Both the position numbers and the translations under genes were made by a program. A stretch of DNA of 63,477 nucleotides, the filler included, from Octopus bimaculoides (taxonomy: Eukaryota): the NCBI RefSeq assembly GCF_001194135.2. It is 5 parts of 4 records of this genome, joined end to end, with 100 filler letters (N's around TTAATTAATTAA, not from the genome) between each part and the next. Parts side by side here need not be neighbours in the genome. Positions count along the whole stretch, not along the records: positions 1 to 28,699 come from NC_068999.1; positions 28,800 to 35,255 come from NC_069010.1; positions 35,356 to 59,262 come from NC_068981.1; 2 more parts are not named here. The stretch is one strand, 5' to 3'. This document shows positions 25,460 through 37,645 of the stretch, one piece after another. The notes under the pieces are model-generated. The model did no database searches. It was not told where the DNA came from and was given only the letters and a program-made list of their open reading frames with translations. Positions within the stretch are counted from its first letter, which is position 1. Each line of letters starts with the position of its first letter.

Positions 25460-27200
25460 TATATTTAATATTATTATAAAATCTGGTAATTAACATTGAT
25501 TTAAAATTTTTAGGTGATTTTAAATGTCTTGCCCGCTCACGTTTTGGTATGCTGCTATATTTCATGTTGAGAACAATTTAGGTCTTAATAGACACAAGAT
25601 GTGATCTATTTCTAGCACATTAATTGTCCACGTTAGTGGTCAACGTTATTTGGTCGGTTCACGATTCCAGTTTGTTGGTTTTAGCCTTTATACTGCTATT
25701 CTCCTTATTCAGTCTTGTATTCCGAGTTTCAATTTTCAAAAGAACGGTGACGTTCTTTACTAACTGAAAAGATATGTGCCTTTTTGTCTTTTCGATGCAA
25801 TGGAATAAATGCCTGTTATTGCTTACCATTCGTACTGTGTGTGTGTGTGTGTGTATTTTAATGCTAACATTGTCATTGTAAGAGAGTTGACTTTGGCTGT
25901 ATCCATTTTGGAATATATATTGTTGTGTATATTATTAATGAGAGTTTTGAAATCATTGTGTTGAATGAGTGACTATGGATTAATACAATGTTGATCCAAA
26001 AGCATCAAGGTGTATAAAAATATTTATGAAAGTTAATCTCGTACTTTAATATAGAATGTTCATATAGTTGCACTTCTAGGTAGAGCGTCAATGAACTAGT
26101 AAACGTGGGGTAGCTTTTGTTTAAATTATAGACTAGAAACTTGTTTGGAAATGTCACGATTGAAGACGAAAAAATATTCTATTACAAGAATTTTATTCCA
26201 TCATTACTGAATTATAATGCAACTTTACCAATTCAGTGATGAATTTTGTTAGAAAATTACTCGACCCAAAATTCTACTGGTTCTCATATTCTTGTGAGAT
26301 CGTATCATACATGCTTAAGGTATCAAAAGGATGTAATAGCAATATGATCGTTATCCTTTTCCGGGGATGGGCAGCTTAGGAATTCCAGGTCATCTTTCTT
26401 CAGGCTTCGGCTGCGTCTTAAAACCAATTGTAGTATATCTATAGTTTTACCGAGTTTGCATATTTTGCTTTTTGGACCGTTCTGTGAGTGATCTTGGTTT
26501 GACAGTATTGCGATATTTTCTATTTACTCATGTTGAAGTTAATTATTTACAGCCAATATATTATTCCTTCGCTTTTATCCATCCTTACAAATTGGTGACT
26601 CCTTACAAATTACCATTTTTGCATTCCCAAGCAATCAGTTAGTCTTATTCCTTGTTAAGATCTCTGCTGAAACTCCTGAAGCTTCGTTATCTATTTCCGC
26701 GCGTTGGCAATTGTTTACCTATTCATAACAGGTGGTATAAAGTGAGATGTTATAGTATTTAATATACATGACATCAGAACTTCCTCTTCTCATCTTCTTT
26801 ATTTAAAATATCATTCTTGCTTTGGATAATGATTCATTACTTTAAGCATTTGGTTTAAAATATTCGTTTAAGCTATGACATGTGAAATGGGCATAAAATC
26901 ACATTTGTTTATATTCCTACATTTAACAGGATTTTACTTTTCGTAGGATCATAACAGCTTCCATTTCACTGATAATTCTTTTCATTCACAGCTCCTTTTT
27001 TGAGGCATCTCCGGCTTGGGAGTGTCTTTCGGCCTATAATTCCTTTACGTATGTTGAAATCCACACCTCACTTCTGTCGTAATCTCACATACATTTTAGC
27101 TTAAAGTCGCTCGCATAAATGCAAACAATAAATTTTCGCTTGTTTATAACCTGTTCAAAAAACGTTGAATTTTTAACACAATTGTTGGTCGTTGGCCCCT
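25460..27200 (-). pseudogene. Degraded Penelope-like element reverse transcriptase (RT and thumb; GIY-YIG region lost at (TA)n/gap)
   Basis: Colinear minus-strand motifs: IKKMRRGSSDVMYIKYY (cf. IKxADKGxAVVxMDxxYY), EILTRNKTN*L, GPKSKICKLGKTIDIL at 26431-26478, KKDDLEFL at 26377-26400, IAITSF, EFWVE, SYPTFTSSLTLYLEVQLYEHS, CFWI, KTKRHISFQLVKNVTV..TRL, KSPKNFKSMLITRF. Many stops; a (TG)n is inserted near 25840. Confidence 0.75.
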
Positions 27201-27420
27201 ATGATACATTCTTTGAATTAATATAGCCTCGATCTAAAGTAGAGTACTTGACCATAATTACCGTACGATACTTATAGAGGGTGGGCAAAATGTCTTGCAC
27301 TAAATATGTTCAGTAGGACCTCGAGTTGTCAAAGCCATGATTCAATGTTTCTAAAATGGAATAAAATAAAATAATTAAAATAAGGATGAATACACACGTC
27401 CTTGTACATGATGAAGAAAA

Positions 27421-27564
<144 letters not shown>

Positions 27565-28168
27565 GCATCCAGCACTATAAAACAGAGACACTACGGTGCG
27601 GGGATGTAAACGAAATAACACCGGATTTTAAGTGGTGTTGCGGGACAAATACATAACAGAAAGACATAAACACACACATACACACATCGATACATCGATA
27701 TAAATTTATATCTATATGCGCATATATATATATATATATATATANNNNNNNNNNNNNNNNNNNNNNNNNNNNNNNNNNNNNNNNNNNNNNNNNNNNNNNN
27801 NNNNNNNNNNNNNNNNNNNNNNNNNNNNNNNNNNNNNNNNNNNNNNNNNNNNNNNNNNNNNNNNNNNNNNNNNNNNNNNNNNNNNNNNNNNNNNNNNNNN
27901 NNNNNNNNNNNNNNNNNNNNNNNNNNNNNNNNNNNNNNNNNNNNNNNNNNNNNNNNNNNNNNNNNNNNNNNNNNNNNNNNNNNNNNNNNNNNNNNNNNNN
28001 NNNNNNNNNNNNNNNNNNNNNNNNNNNNNNNNNNNNNNNNNNNNNNNNNNNNNNNNNNNNNNNNNNNNNNNNNNNNNNNNNNNNNNNNNNNNNNNNNNNN
28101 NNNNNNNNNNNNNNNNTACAGAGAGAGGCGGAGAGGAAAGAGACAGTAGGGAGTGAATGCATGTGCAC

Positions 28169-28201
<33 letters not shown>

Positions 28202-28664
28202 TATAGATAATATACTTCTTCATTGCAGTAAACTGTATAACATTTCTAAGGCTATGAAGAGATGTGTATCCATATAAAATTAATGGTTGAGCAGAAATCG
28301 CAATATGACGCTACATCTCATCTTTACGTTCCACCTGAGATCTGCGAATGCTCGTGCACTCATGAAATCAAGTGACTGAAATTGGAGAGTTCTTCAGCCT
28401 TTCCGAATGATACTTTGTAACAGACTGCACAGTCCATATACCATACTTCATCTTATGTTACCAATTTGGCTTCCTATACAGTAACAGTGATAAAAAGAAA
28501 AGTGAAGAATGATGATGATGATGATGTTGAGGATGATGGCTGAAAAAGTTGAACACAATATGGCGGATGAAACAAAAAAATGCACAAAGTAGAATAATGA
28601 AAAAATATAACACCCTCTAAAGTACGTGTGTGTGTGTATATATATGTATGTGTGTACGTACGCA

Positions 28665-28699
<35 letters not shown>

Positions 28700-28799
28700 N
28701 NNNNNNNNNNNNNNNNNNNNNNNNNNNNNNNNNNNNNNNNNNNTTAATTAATTAANNNNNNNNNNNNNNNNNNNNNNNNNNNNNNNNNNNNNNNNNNNN
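28700..28799. other. Artificial linker N44-TTAATTAATTAA-N44
   Basis: Exactly 100 nt; the 12-mer gives TAA in all six frames. Confidence 0.9.
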
Positions 28800-29648
28800 A
28801 GAGAGAGAGAGAGAGAGAGTGAGAGAGATAGAGAGAGAGAGAGAGAGTGAGTGAGAGAGAGAGAGAGAAATGGATATGTATGTTTATCTGTCTATCTATA
28901 TATTCTCTTAAAGGATTTAAGTAAAATTATACACTTGTGTGTGACTGATTAAATTAATTCTTTTTATTTATGCAGCTGAGGATAGCCCTGCATTTAAATC
29001 GATGTAATGCTTGCATTGTTCAATTATATGGAGCCGCTTGAAACGGTCGTACTGCATCACCTCTGGATATCCTGTTGCTTATTTTGATTATATATATATA
29101 TACATACACACACACACATGTATATGTGTGTGTATACATGCACACAAACATTTGTAAGTTTAGCAGTTTGCATATAAGTTATGTATATGTCTATATATAT
29201 ATATATGTGTGTGTGTATGTATTACTTTCTAAAAATAGAAACAAGATTCTTATACAAATGTACAAACGTACATACTTTCATAGATATACACCCACATACA
29301 TACATACAGACATGTATGTATGTGTGTGTGTAGGAAGGTGTATGTATGCAGGTAATTATATATATATGTATGTATACGAATACCTGTATATATATACAGG
29401 TATTCGTATATATGTACTAACACATTTATGTACATGTATGTATATATGTGTGCGTATACGTATCTATATATGTATCTATGTATCTGTATGTATATAGGTA
29501 TGTATATATGTAGGTATGTGTGTGTATGTATGTATATATATATATGTATATATATATGCTAAAGTACGTGTTTATTGTTTTGCGATTTTCTCTCTCTTCT
29601 GTTTCTGTTCGGAAAACAATCGCATTTCTAATTTTATCTACGTTGTTG

Positions 29649-29691
<43 letters not shown>

Positions 29692-30466
29692 TATTGTTTT
29701 TGTTGTTATTGTTTTTTTTTTACTGGGTTGTTTTTCTTTTTGTTGTTGTTCAGAAGGTAGTTTCTATTTGCTGCAGGAAGGTGTCACTGTTGTTGTTGTT
29801 GTTGTTGTTGTTATGGCTATGATGGTAATGATGGTGGTGCTGGTGCTGGAGGATGGTGGTGGTGGTGGTGGTGGGGTGTTTCTAGTNNNNNNNNNNNNNN
29901 NNNNNNNNNNNNNNNNNNNNNNNNNNNNNNNNNNNNNNNNNNNNNNNNNNNNNNNNNNNNNNNNNNNNNNNNNNNNNNNNNNNNNNNNNNNNNNNNNNNN
30001 NNNNNNNNNNNNNNNNNNNNNNNNNNNNNNNNNNNNNNNNNNNNNNNNNNNNNNNNNNNNNNNNNNNNNNNNNNNNNNNNNNNNNNNNNNNNNNNNNNNN
30101 NNNNNNNNNNNNNNNNNNNNNNNNNNNNNNNNNNNNNNNNNNNNNNNNNNNNNNNNNNNNNNNNNNNNNNNNNNNNNNNNNNNNNNNNNNNNNNNNNNNN
30201 NNNNNNNNNNNNNNNNNNNNNNNNNNNNNNNNNNNNNNNNNNNNNNNNNNNNNNNNNNNNNNNNNNNNNNNNNNNNNNNNNNNNNNNNNNNNNNNNNNNN
30301 NNNNNNNNNNNNNNNNNNNNNNNNNNNNNNNNNNNNNNNNNNNNNNNNNNNNNNNNNNNNNNNNNNNNNNNNNNNNNNNNNNNNNNNNNNNNNNNNNNNN
30401 NNNNNNNNNNNNNNNNNNNNNNNNNNNNNNNNNNNNNNNNNNNNNNNNNNNNNNNNNNNNNNNNNN

Positions 30467-31570
30467 TTGGTGATGATGGCAGTGGTGACGGTGGCGTGGT
30501 GGTTACGAAATCATTTGATGGTTGTAAGAATGATAGAGACAGCGTCGGTTGCTGATAAGAACTAAAGGAAATAACAACAGTGGTGGTGGTGGTGGTGGTG
30601 GTGGTGGTAGAGGCGAAAGTGAGAGTGACAATGGATATCATTTGATGATTATAATGATAGTGGTGGTGGCGGTAGGAGGTAAGATACTAGTGGTGGTAGG
30701 AGTAGTGACAGTCGGGTAGCGGTGGTAATAGGAGAGACAGTGGTGGTGGTGGTGAAAATAGACGTAGTGGTGATGGTGATAGGAGAGACAGTGGTGGTGG
30801 TGGCAGTCGTGGAAGGAGGGAAAGTAGTGGTAGTGATGGTGGCGGTAATAGGAGAGTTAACGGTGGTGGTGGTGAAAGTAGTGACAGTAGGTGTAGTGAC
30901 GGTGGCAGGAGAGACAGTCGTGGTGGTGGGAGTAGTGACGGAAGTGATTTGATGATAATGATAATGGTGGGAGTAGGTGTTGTGGTGGTAGTTGGAAGAC
31001 AGAGAGTGGTGATGGTGGGAGGAGTGACAATGGCGATGGTGGTGGGAGAAGTAACAAGCTGGGATCGTGGTGGCTGAAGGAGGGAGTAGTGACAGTAGCA
31101 GTAGTGGGGATGCTGATGGTAGCGGCGCCGGTGGTGCTTGTGGGAGTGGTGACGTTTGTGGTGGTGGTGGTGGTGGTGATGGCAGTAGAAGACAGTGGTA
31201 GTCGTGGTGGTAATAGTGAAAGTGAAAGTAGCGGTGGTGGTTAGGTTTGATGTGACTTGACGCTATTGGTAGCTGTGGTGGTGGGTGNNNNNNNNNNNNG
31301 GAGGTGGGTGGAGAGGAAGGTAGGGGGAAGGGATCTGCAGTGAGGGTGAAGATGTCGACGGCGGAGATGATGGCGGTGGTGACGAAGAGAGGATGAATGT
31401 TCACAACGGCGGCGGCGGCGAGGACGGTGGTGGTAATAGTGATGATGATGATGGTGGTGGTGGTAGTGGACGTGGTGGTGATGGTGGTGTAAGCGATGGT
31501 AGTGATAATGGTAGGTGTGGTGATATGCATGCTGAAGGTGATTGGGTGATGGTGTTACAGGCGAAGGCGG
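30467..31570. repeat. Cryptic (GGT/GAT/GTG)-triplet low-complexity tract with an internal minisatellite
   Basis: Triplet-phased GT-rich sequence; the aggagag-anchored unit recurs at 30730, 30781, 30850 and 30907. Confidence 0.85.
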
Positions 31571-31789
31571 ATGCGGTGGCGATGCTCTTTAAACTTTATA
31601 TCGTCTCCCTTAAACACTTAAAGACGTCCCTTCATTTGTTGCAGCAGCTGTGATTATTTCTTGTCAATTCTCTTGTTGTTATTGTTATTGTTGTTGTTGT
31701 CACTTGTCCTTGTTGCTGTTGTTGTTCTTAATGTGGTATCTTCTATTGGGGACATCCCTTACTGTCGAAAAATCAGGTAAACAAAACAT

Positions 31790-31914
31790 TTATCTATCAA
31801 TCAGATACCTACATAGATACATGTTTGTGTGCGTGTGTGTGTGTATCTGTCTATCCAATCTATCAATGGTTCTGCCTTTCTATCTATCTATCTGTCTATC
31901 TGTCTGTCTATCTG

Positions 31915-31965
<51 letters not shown>

Positions 31966-32450
31966 GTCTGTCTATCAGTCTGTCCGTCCTCTGTCTGCCC
32001 ATTCATCTATGTACATATATTTCTCTATCCATCTATCTATCTATCCGTCTATCTATCTACCCATCCATCCATCCATCCATCTATCTATCTATCTACCTCT
32101 CCGTCTGTCTACCCAACTATCTATGTATTTATCCATGGATAAACTTAATGTTACCTTTTTTACACCTTAAACATTTTCTGTGATACACGATCCCTTTCGA
32201 TCCTTTTTTTTTTGTCCCCCTTTTTCTGCCGATCCCTTTTGATCGGATTTTTCTTTCTAAAAGAAAAGCTCTACAATTGTATCTGTCCCCTCTGTGTGCA
32301 GCCCTGTGTGGCCAATAAAAGAAAATTATCTACCTATCCAACTATCTATATATCTATATATCTATATCTATCTATCTATCTACCCACTATCTACCTATCC
32401 AACTATCCAACTATCTAACTATCCATTTACCTATCTATCTATCTATCAAT
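31790..32450. repeat. Mosaic (TATC)n/(TGTC)n/(TCCA)n tetranucleotide tracts
   Basis: Direct reading. Confidence 0.9.
32185..32330 (+). mobile_element. Probable LINE 3' terminus with AATAAA and (TATC)n tail
   Basis: Pyrimidine-rich UTR, then gccctgtgtggccAATAAAagaaaatt (AATAAA at 32314-32319) running directly into (ATCT)n. Confidence 0.35.
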
Positions 32451-32458
32451 TTCGAGAC

Positions 32459-32617
32459 CAGCGGTTTTCAACCATTTTTTGCCCATGGACATCCTTTCGT
32501 TCCCGTTTTACTCGGAGGAACACCCATAGACATTCGAGGTTTTAAAAATACTTTTAGAACTAATTGTATAAAAAAAAAATTGTAAAAATATTTTGTATAT
32601 TATAGAAACATAACCAG
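32459..32617 (-). mobile_element. Partial hAT MITE, same family as 49558-50227
   Basis: Starts with TIR CAGCGGTTTTCAACC. ttttactcgg..catag and aatattttgt.tatt match the 49558 element in reverse orientation. No second TIR found. Confidence 0.55.
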
Positions 32618-32755
32618 GAAATACAACTCAGGAATCTAACAACACAAATTCATAATTACTGCACATAAGAATTGGGCTTTTAAAAGATACGAACTGGGAT
32701 CGATTTTGTTCGAACCTATTATAGGTACAAGACCAACCCAAAGATCTTGTAGCTG

Positions 32756-32924
32756 GTCGATTACATCGGCCGCATTACTTAATTTGATGGTATTTATGTT
32801 ATCGATCCCGGAAAGATATAAGGCACACTGTACCTCAACAGAATTTGAACTCAAAACATTTAGACGGACAAAATGTCGTTAAGCAATTTTTAACCGGCAT
32901 GCTAGCGATTCTGCCAGCGCCCCG
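32756..32924 (-). mobile_element. SINE family B copy
   Basis: gattacatcg..atcgatcccggaaag..aatttgaactc..gacggacaaaatg..cgattctgccagc (reverse A- and B-boxes). Confidence 0.8.
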
Positions 32925-32984
32925 CTTTTGATATTCTACTCTAAAGATTAGCATATATAGGGTTGAAAAACCCCGAAAGTCGTG

Positions 32985-33496
32985 TGTGTCTGTGTTTATG
33001 TCTCTGTGGGTATATGTGTGTGCTTGTGTATATACGTGAGTTTATGTGTATGTTCGTCTTAGTGTGCTTATGTGTGCGTGTGTGTTCATGTGGTTGTGCG
33101 TGTGTGTTTATGCATTTGTGTGTTTGTTATGTGGGTGTATGTGCATGTGTTTATGCATGCATGTGTGTGTGTGTGCATCTGTATGTTTATGTCTGTCTGG
33201 GTGTGTTTGTGTATGTGTTCATGTCTGTGTGTGTGTTTATGTCTCTGTGTGTGTATATGTGTGCGTTTATGTTTATGTTTGTGTTTGTGTGTGTGTGTGC
33301 GTGTGTGTGTCTGTGAGTGTGTATGTGCATGTGTTTATGCGTGTGTGTGTGCATCTGTATGTTTGTCGGTGGGTGTGTTTATGTCTGTGTGGGTGTGTTA
33401 TGTCTCTCTGTGTGTGTATATGTCTGCGTTTATGTTTGTGTGTGTATGTAAGTTTATTTGTGTATGTGCGTGCGCGCGCGCGTATGTGTTTATATA
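32985..33496. repeat. Degenerate (TG)n-derived minisatellite
   Basis: Recurring gtgtttatgt/ctgtgtgtgt units. Source of the C/V-rich ORFs. Confidence 0.9.
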
Positions 33497-34319
33497 NNNN
33501 NNNNNNNNNNNNNNNNNNNNNNNNNNNNNNNNNNNNNNNNNNNNNNNNNNNNNNNNNNNNNNNNNNNNNNNNNNNNNNNNNNNNNNNNNNNNNNNNNNNN
33601 NNNNNNNNNNNNNNNNNNNNNNNNNNNNNNNNNNNNNNNNNNNNNNNNNNNNNNNNNNNNNNNNNNNNNNNNNNNNNNNNNNNNNNNNNNNNNNNNNNNN
33701 NNNNNNNNNNNNNNNNNNNNNNNNNNNNNNNNNNNNNNNNNNNNNNNNNNNNNNNNNNNNNNNNNNNNNNNNNNNNNNNNNNNNNNNNNNNNNNNNNNNN
33801 NNNNNNNNNNNNNNNNNNNNNNNNNNNNNNNNNNNNNNNNNNNNNNNNNNNNNNNNNNNNNNNNNNNNNNNNNNNNNNNNNNNNNNNNNNNNNNNNNNNN
33901 NNNNNNNNNNNNNNNNNNNNNNNNNNNNNNNNNNNNNNNNNNNNNNNNNNNNNNNNNNNNNNNNNNNNNNNNNNNNNNNNNNNNNNNNNNNNNNNNNNNN
34001 NNNNNNNNNNNNNNNNNNNNNNNNNNNNNNNNNNNNNNNNNNNNNNNNNNNNNNNNNNNNNNNNNNNNNNNNNNNNNNNNNNNNNNNNNNNNNNNNNNNN
34101 NNNNNNNNNNNNNNNNNNNNNNNNNNNNNNNNNNNNNNNNNNNNNNNNNNNNNNNNNNNNNNNNNNNNNNNNNNNNNNNNNNNNNNNNNNNNNNNNNNNN
34201 NNNNNNNNNNNNNNNNNNNNNNNNNNNNNNNNNNNNNNNNNNNNNNNNNNNNNNNNNNNNNNNNNNNNNNNNNNNNNNNNNNNNNNNNNNNNNNNNNNNN
34301 NNNNNNNNNNNNNNNNNNN

Positions 34320-34510
34320 TTATTCTTTGTAAGCTCAGTACTCATTCTATCGGTCTGTTTTGCCAAACCACTAAGTTACTCTGACGTAAACACACCAACA
34401 TCGGTTGTCAAGCGATGGGGGGAGGGACAAGCGCAGACACACACACACACACATATATATACATATACGTCGGGCTTCTTTCAGTTTCCATCTACCAAAC
34501 CCACTCACAA
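34320..34510 (-). mobile_element. SINE family A, central and 3' part, head missing
   Basis: Reverse match to 49840-50050, including the internal (CA)/(TA) microsatellite. Confidence 0.85.
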
Positions 34511-35113
34511 AAAATGGACACCATGACCTTGCCAGCTGAAGGAATGACCCTGGCCTTCTTTGGGGGTAGGAGAAGATGTGTGCTTCCACTGCTTTGATTG
34601 TTCTTTGGTTTCAGGCTGGTAGCAATGAACCCAACTTTCGTCCATAGTAATGAAACGAGCAAGAAAATTCTCTTCATTGGCTTCAAACAGTTCCAGATTA
34701 CTCATGGACAATGTGCACCTGATGCATTTTTGTTCAGGAGTCAAAAGGCAAGGGACCCACCTTGTAGAAACCTTTGAGAACCCAAGGTCTTTTGTCACAA
34801 TGTTGTCTGCTCTTTCAGCTCAGATGCCCAGTCTCTCAGCTATCTAACATCATGATATTCAACGATCTTGCTTTATCATACCAAGAGCAAGGTCAAGTTT
34901 TCTTTGGTGGTTGCAGTTGGAGGTTTCCCTTGTCTGGGATCATCTTCCACACTCTCCCTGCCATGCTTGAATTCGTTTACCCAGCGTTTGACGGTTGCAT
35001 ATGAAGGAGCATTGTCTGTTAAGGTTCTCACCATATCTTCATGGATTTCTGATGGAGTTATGCCTTTCAAATGAAGGTACTTTATGACAGCGCAATACTC
35101 AGTTTTTTCCCAT
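34511..35113 (-). pseudogene. Mariner transposase pseudogene (HTH through the first catalytic Asp, 3'-truncated)
   Basis: EKTEYCAVIKYLHLKG..APSYATVKRWVNEFKHGRESVEDDPRQGKP, then frameshifts, KVSTRWVPCLLT (WVPHEL motif), FITMDESWVH, ETKEQSKQW, KARVIPSAGKVMVSIF. Confidence 0.92.
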
Positions 35114-35255
35114 TTTCCTTGTAACCTCGACACTGGTTTATTCAAAAATCTGCAACAAAAAAAAAAAGAAAAAAAATTAAAATATCAGAATCATGAAAAT
35201 GAGCAAGAATACTCCAAAAAGACTGTACTTATCAGAAAAAATTGTTTCAGCTATC

Positions 35256-35355
35256 NNNNNNNNNNNNNNNNNNNNNNNNNNNNNNNNNNNNNNNNNNNNT
35301 TAATTAATTAANNNNNNNNNNNNNNNNNNNNNNNNNNNNNNNNNNNNNNNNNNNN
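35256..35355. other. Artificial linker N44-TTAATTAATTAA-N44
   Basis: Same 100-nt layout as at 28700. Confidence 0.9.
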
Positions 35356-35439
35356 ACGCGCACACAGAATTTAAACACACACACAGAAACAAACATTGTT
35401 GGGTGGACGTTACTACACAGTAGTTCTTACGTCCTTTTC

Positions 35440-35660
35440 GACGAGTCTTATTTATGTCAGGTCGCTCTTATAAGTATTCCTGAGCGCTACTGGTAACATG
35501 TAATCCAGTACAACCTGTCTCATGGTCGGGTCGTCGGCGACTAAACTGGCAACCCCACCAAGCTCGCTTGGTGAGGAGGGTGATTGTTGGCATCCTGCGG
35601 GATGAAAAATAAGACATACATACATACATACATACATACATACATACATACATACATACA

Positions 35661-35693
<33 letters not shown>

Positions 35694-35709
35694 GCATACA
35701 TACATACAT
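35440..35709 (+). mobile_element. Probable retroposon 3' end with a stem-loop and (ATAC)n tail
   Basis: GC-richer segment with hairpin CACCAAGC-TC-GCTTGGTG (35556-35573), ending aaaataagac then a long (ATAC)n. Family not assigned. Confidence 0.4.
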
Positions 35710-36476
35710 AGTATGAAAGCTGAAATTTCAATTTGGGTTCTGGACTCTGAAGACCATCAGTGGTCCATATGTATCTTCATTTCTACATTAATAACTTCAA
35801 GTGGACAGTTACAATGGCATAGTTAGAGTGTGTGCCGCCTAGGGCTGTCCTTAAGATTGTACACTACTCCACACGAAACCACAGTAATAATACATCTGCA
35901 TAGAAAAGCATATTTTACTTAAAATAGTTTACATACTTTCCAACACTATTGACAATTTAGGTATCAAATGAACGAATAAGTTTGATATTACATCCTCTAT
36001 ATAGAACTCAAACTTTTCGAGAACACTTTCAGATATACTTTTTATAACCTAACCCTACCTATTTGCCCATATGTAAAGTAATTGTATGGAATTATCGAGT
36101 TTCCCATCAGTTGATCATAGAGATCTCAGCCAGACTATCCTATCATCCGCAAGGATTCTTTTTCTTTCTTTCAAAATGCATTTTCTGCGTTCGGAGAGAC
36201 TATCCTTGAAATTGATGAAAGCCTGAAAGACCACGATAGCAAATGTTTATAAGTGTTTTGCCTCTGGAAACAATGCTTTTCATCTGGTTTGGTTCTTTGC
36301 TACTTAGGGATCTAAAATGTTTAAATTGTTTTGCTCGCAAAGCTGTATGTGTTCGTGTGAGTGAGTGTGTGTATTCGTATGTGTGTGTACGTGCGTGTAT
36401 GTGTATTTATATAATTATATATTAGAACACATATATGCATATATATGTATGTGTGTGTGTGTGTGTGTGTGTGCGT

Positions 36477-36515
<39 letters not shown>

Positions 36516-36524
36516 TACATACAA

Positions 36525-36559
<35 letters not shown>

Positions 36560-37284
36560 TATATATATATATACATACCTACATACATACATACATATAT
36601 ATATATTCATACATACACATATACATACATATATATATANNNNNNNNNNNNNNNNNNNNNNNNNNNNNNNNNNNNNNNNNNNNNNNNNNNNNNNNNNNNN
36701 NNNNNNNNNNNNNNNNNNNNNNNNNNNNNNNNNNNNNNNNNNNNNNNNNNNNNNNNNNNNNNNNNNNNNNNNNNNNNNNNNNNNNNNNNNNNNNNNNNNN
36801 NNNNNNNNNNNNNNNNNNNNNNNNNNNNNNNNNNNNNNNNNNNNNNNNNNNNNNNNNNNNNNNNNNNNNNNNNNNNNNNNNNNNNNNNNNNNNNNNNNNN
36901 NNNNNNNNNNNNNNNNNNNNNNNNNNNNNNNNNNNNNNNNNNNNNNNNNNNNNNNNNNNNNNNNNNNNNNNNNNNNNNNNNNNNNNNNNNNNNNNNNNNN
37001 NNNNNNNNNNNNNNNNNNNNNNNNNNNNNNNNNNNNNNNNNNNNNNNNNNNNNNNNNNNNNNNNNNNNNNNNNNNNNNNNNNNNNNNNNNNNNNNNNNNN
37101 NNNNNNNNNNNNNNNNGTGACAAAACAACGCATTATGGATAAAATGAACTACATCAACAATAGCATCTTCACTGCCATTGCCTTTGCCATCATCATCATC
37201 ATCATCCTCATCATCACCACCTCCACCATCCCAGCCTCAACATCCTCCTCCTTCTCCTCCTCCTCCCCCTCATCATCATCAGCA

Positions 37285-37359
37285 GCAGCAGCAGCGGCAG
37301 CAGCGGCAGCAGCGGCAGCAGCGGCAGCAGCGGCAGCAGCGGCAGCAGCGGCAACAGCG
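37285..37359 (+). repeat. (GCAGCAGCG)n 9-mer repeat within a triplet-repeat cluster
   Basis: Direct reading. Gives the poly-A and QQR ORFs. Confidence 0.9.
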
Positions 37360-37380
37360 GCACCAACACCAGCACCAGCA

Positions 37381-37595
37381 AAGTGGCCCAGTGATCAGGG
37401 CAGCGGATTCGCGGTCCTAGGATCGCGGTTTCGATTCCCAAACCGGGCGTTGTGAGTGTTTATTGAGCAAAAACACCTTAAGCTCCACGAGGCTCCGGCA
37501 GGGGATGGTGACAAACCCTGCTGTACTCTTTCACCACAACTTTCTCTCACTCTTATTGTTTCTATTGTACCTATATTTCAAAGGCCCAGCCTTGT
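37381..37595 (+). mobile_element. tRNA-derived SINE (family D body with family C 3' module)
   Basis: A-box TGGCCCAGTG and B-box GTTTCGATTCC. Body shared with 56485; end tgtacct..tttcaaagg..ccagccttgt shared with 51119. Confidence 0.8.
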
Positions 37596-37605
37596 NNNNN
37601 NNNNN

Positions 37606-37645
<40 letters not shown>

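Noticed and set aside
30721-30930. Repeat-spacer-like periodicity, considered as a CRISPR-like array
   Set aside because: Eukaryotic context, degenerate triplet-derived spacers and no cas genes; it is a minisatellite.
37381-37445. tRNA-like A- and B-box sequences (also 49721, 51119, 56485)
   Set aside because: These are SINE heads without a full cloverleaf or acceptor stem, not tRNA genes.
37117-37455. Poly-Ala / poly-Gln ORFs resembling a transcription-factor low-complexity region
   Set aside because: Made of triplet and 9-mer repeats running into a SINE head, with no domain and no splice support.
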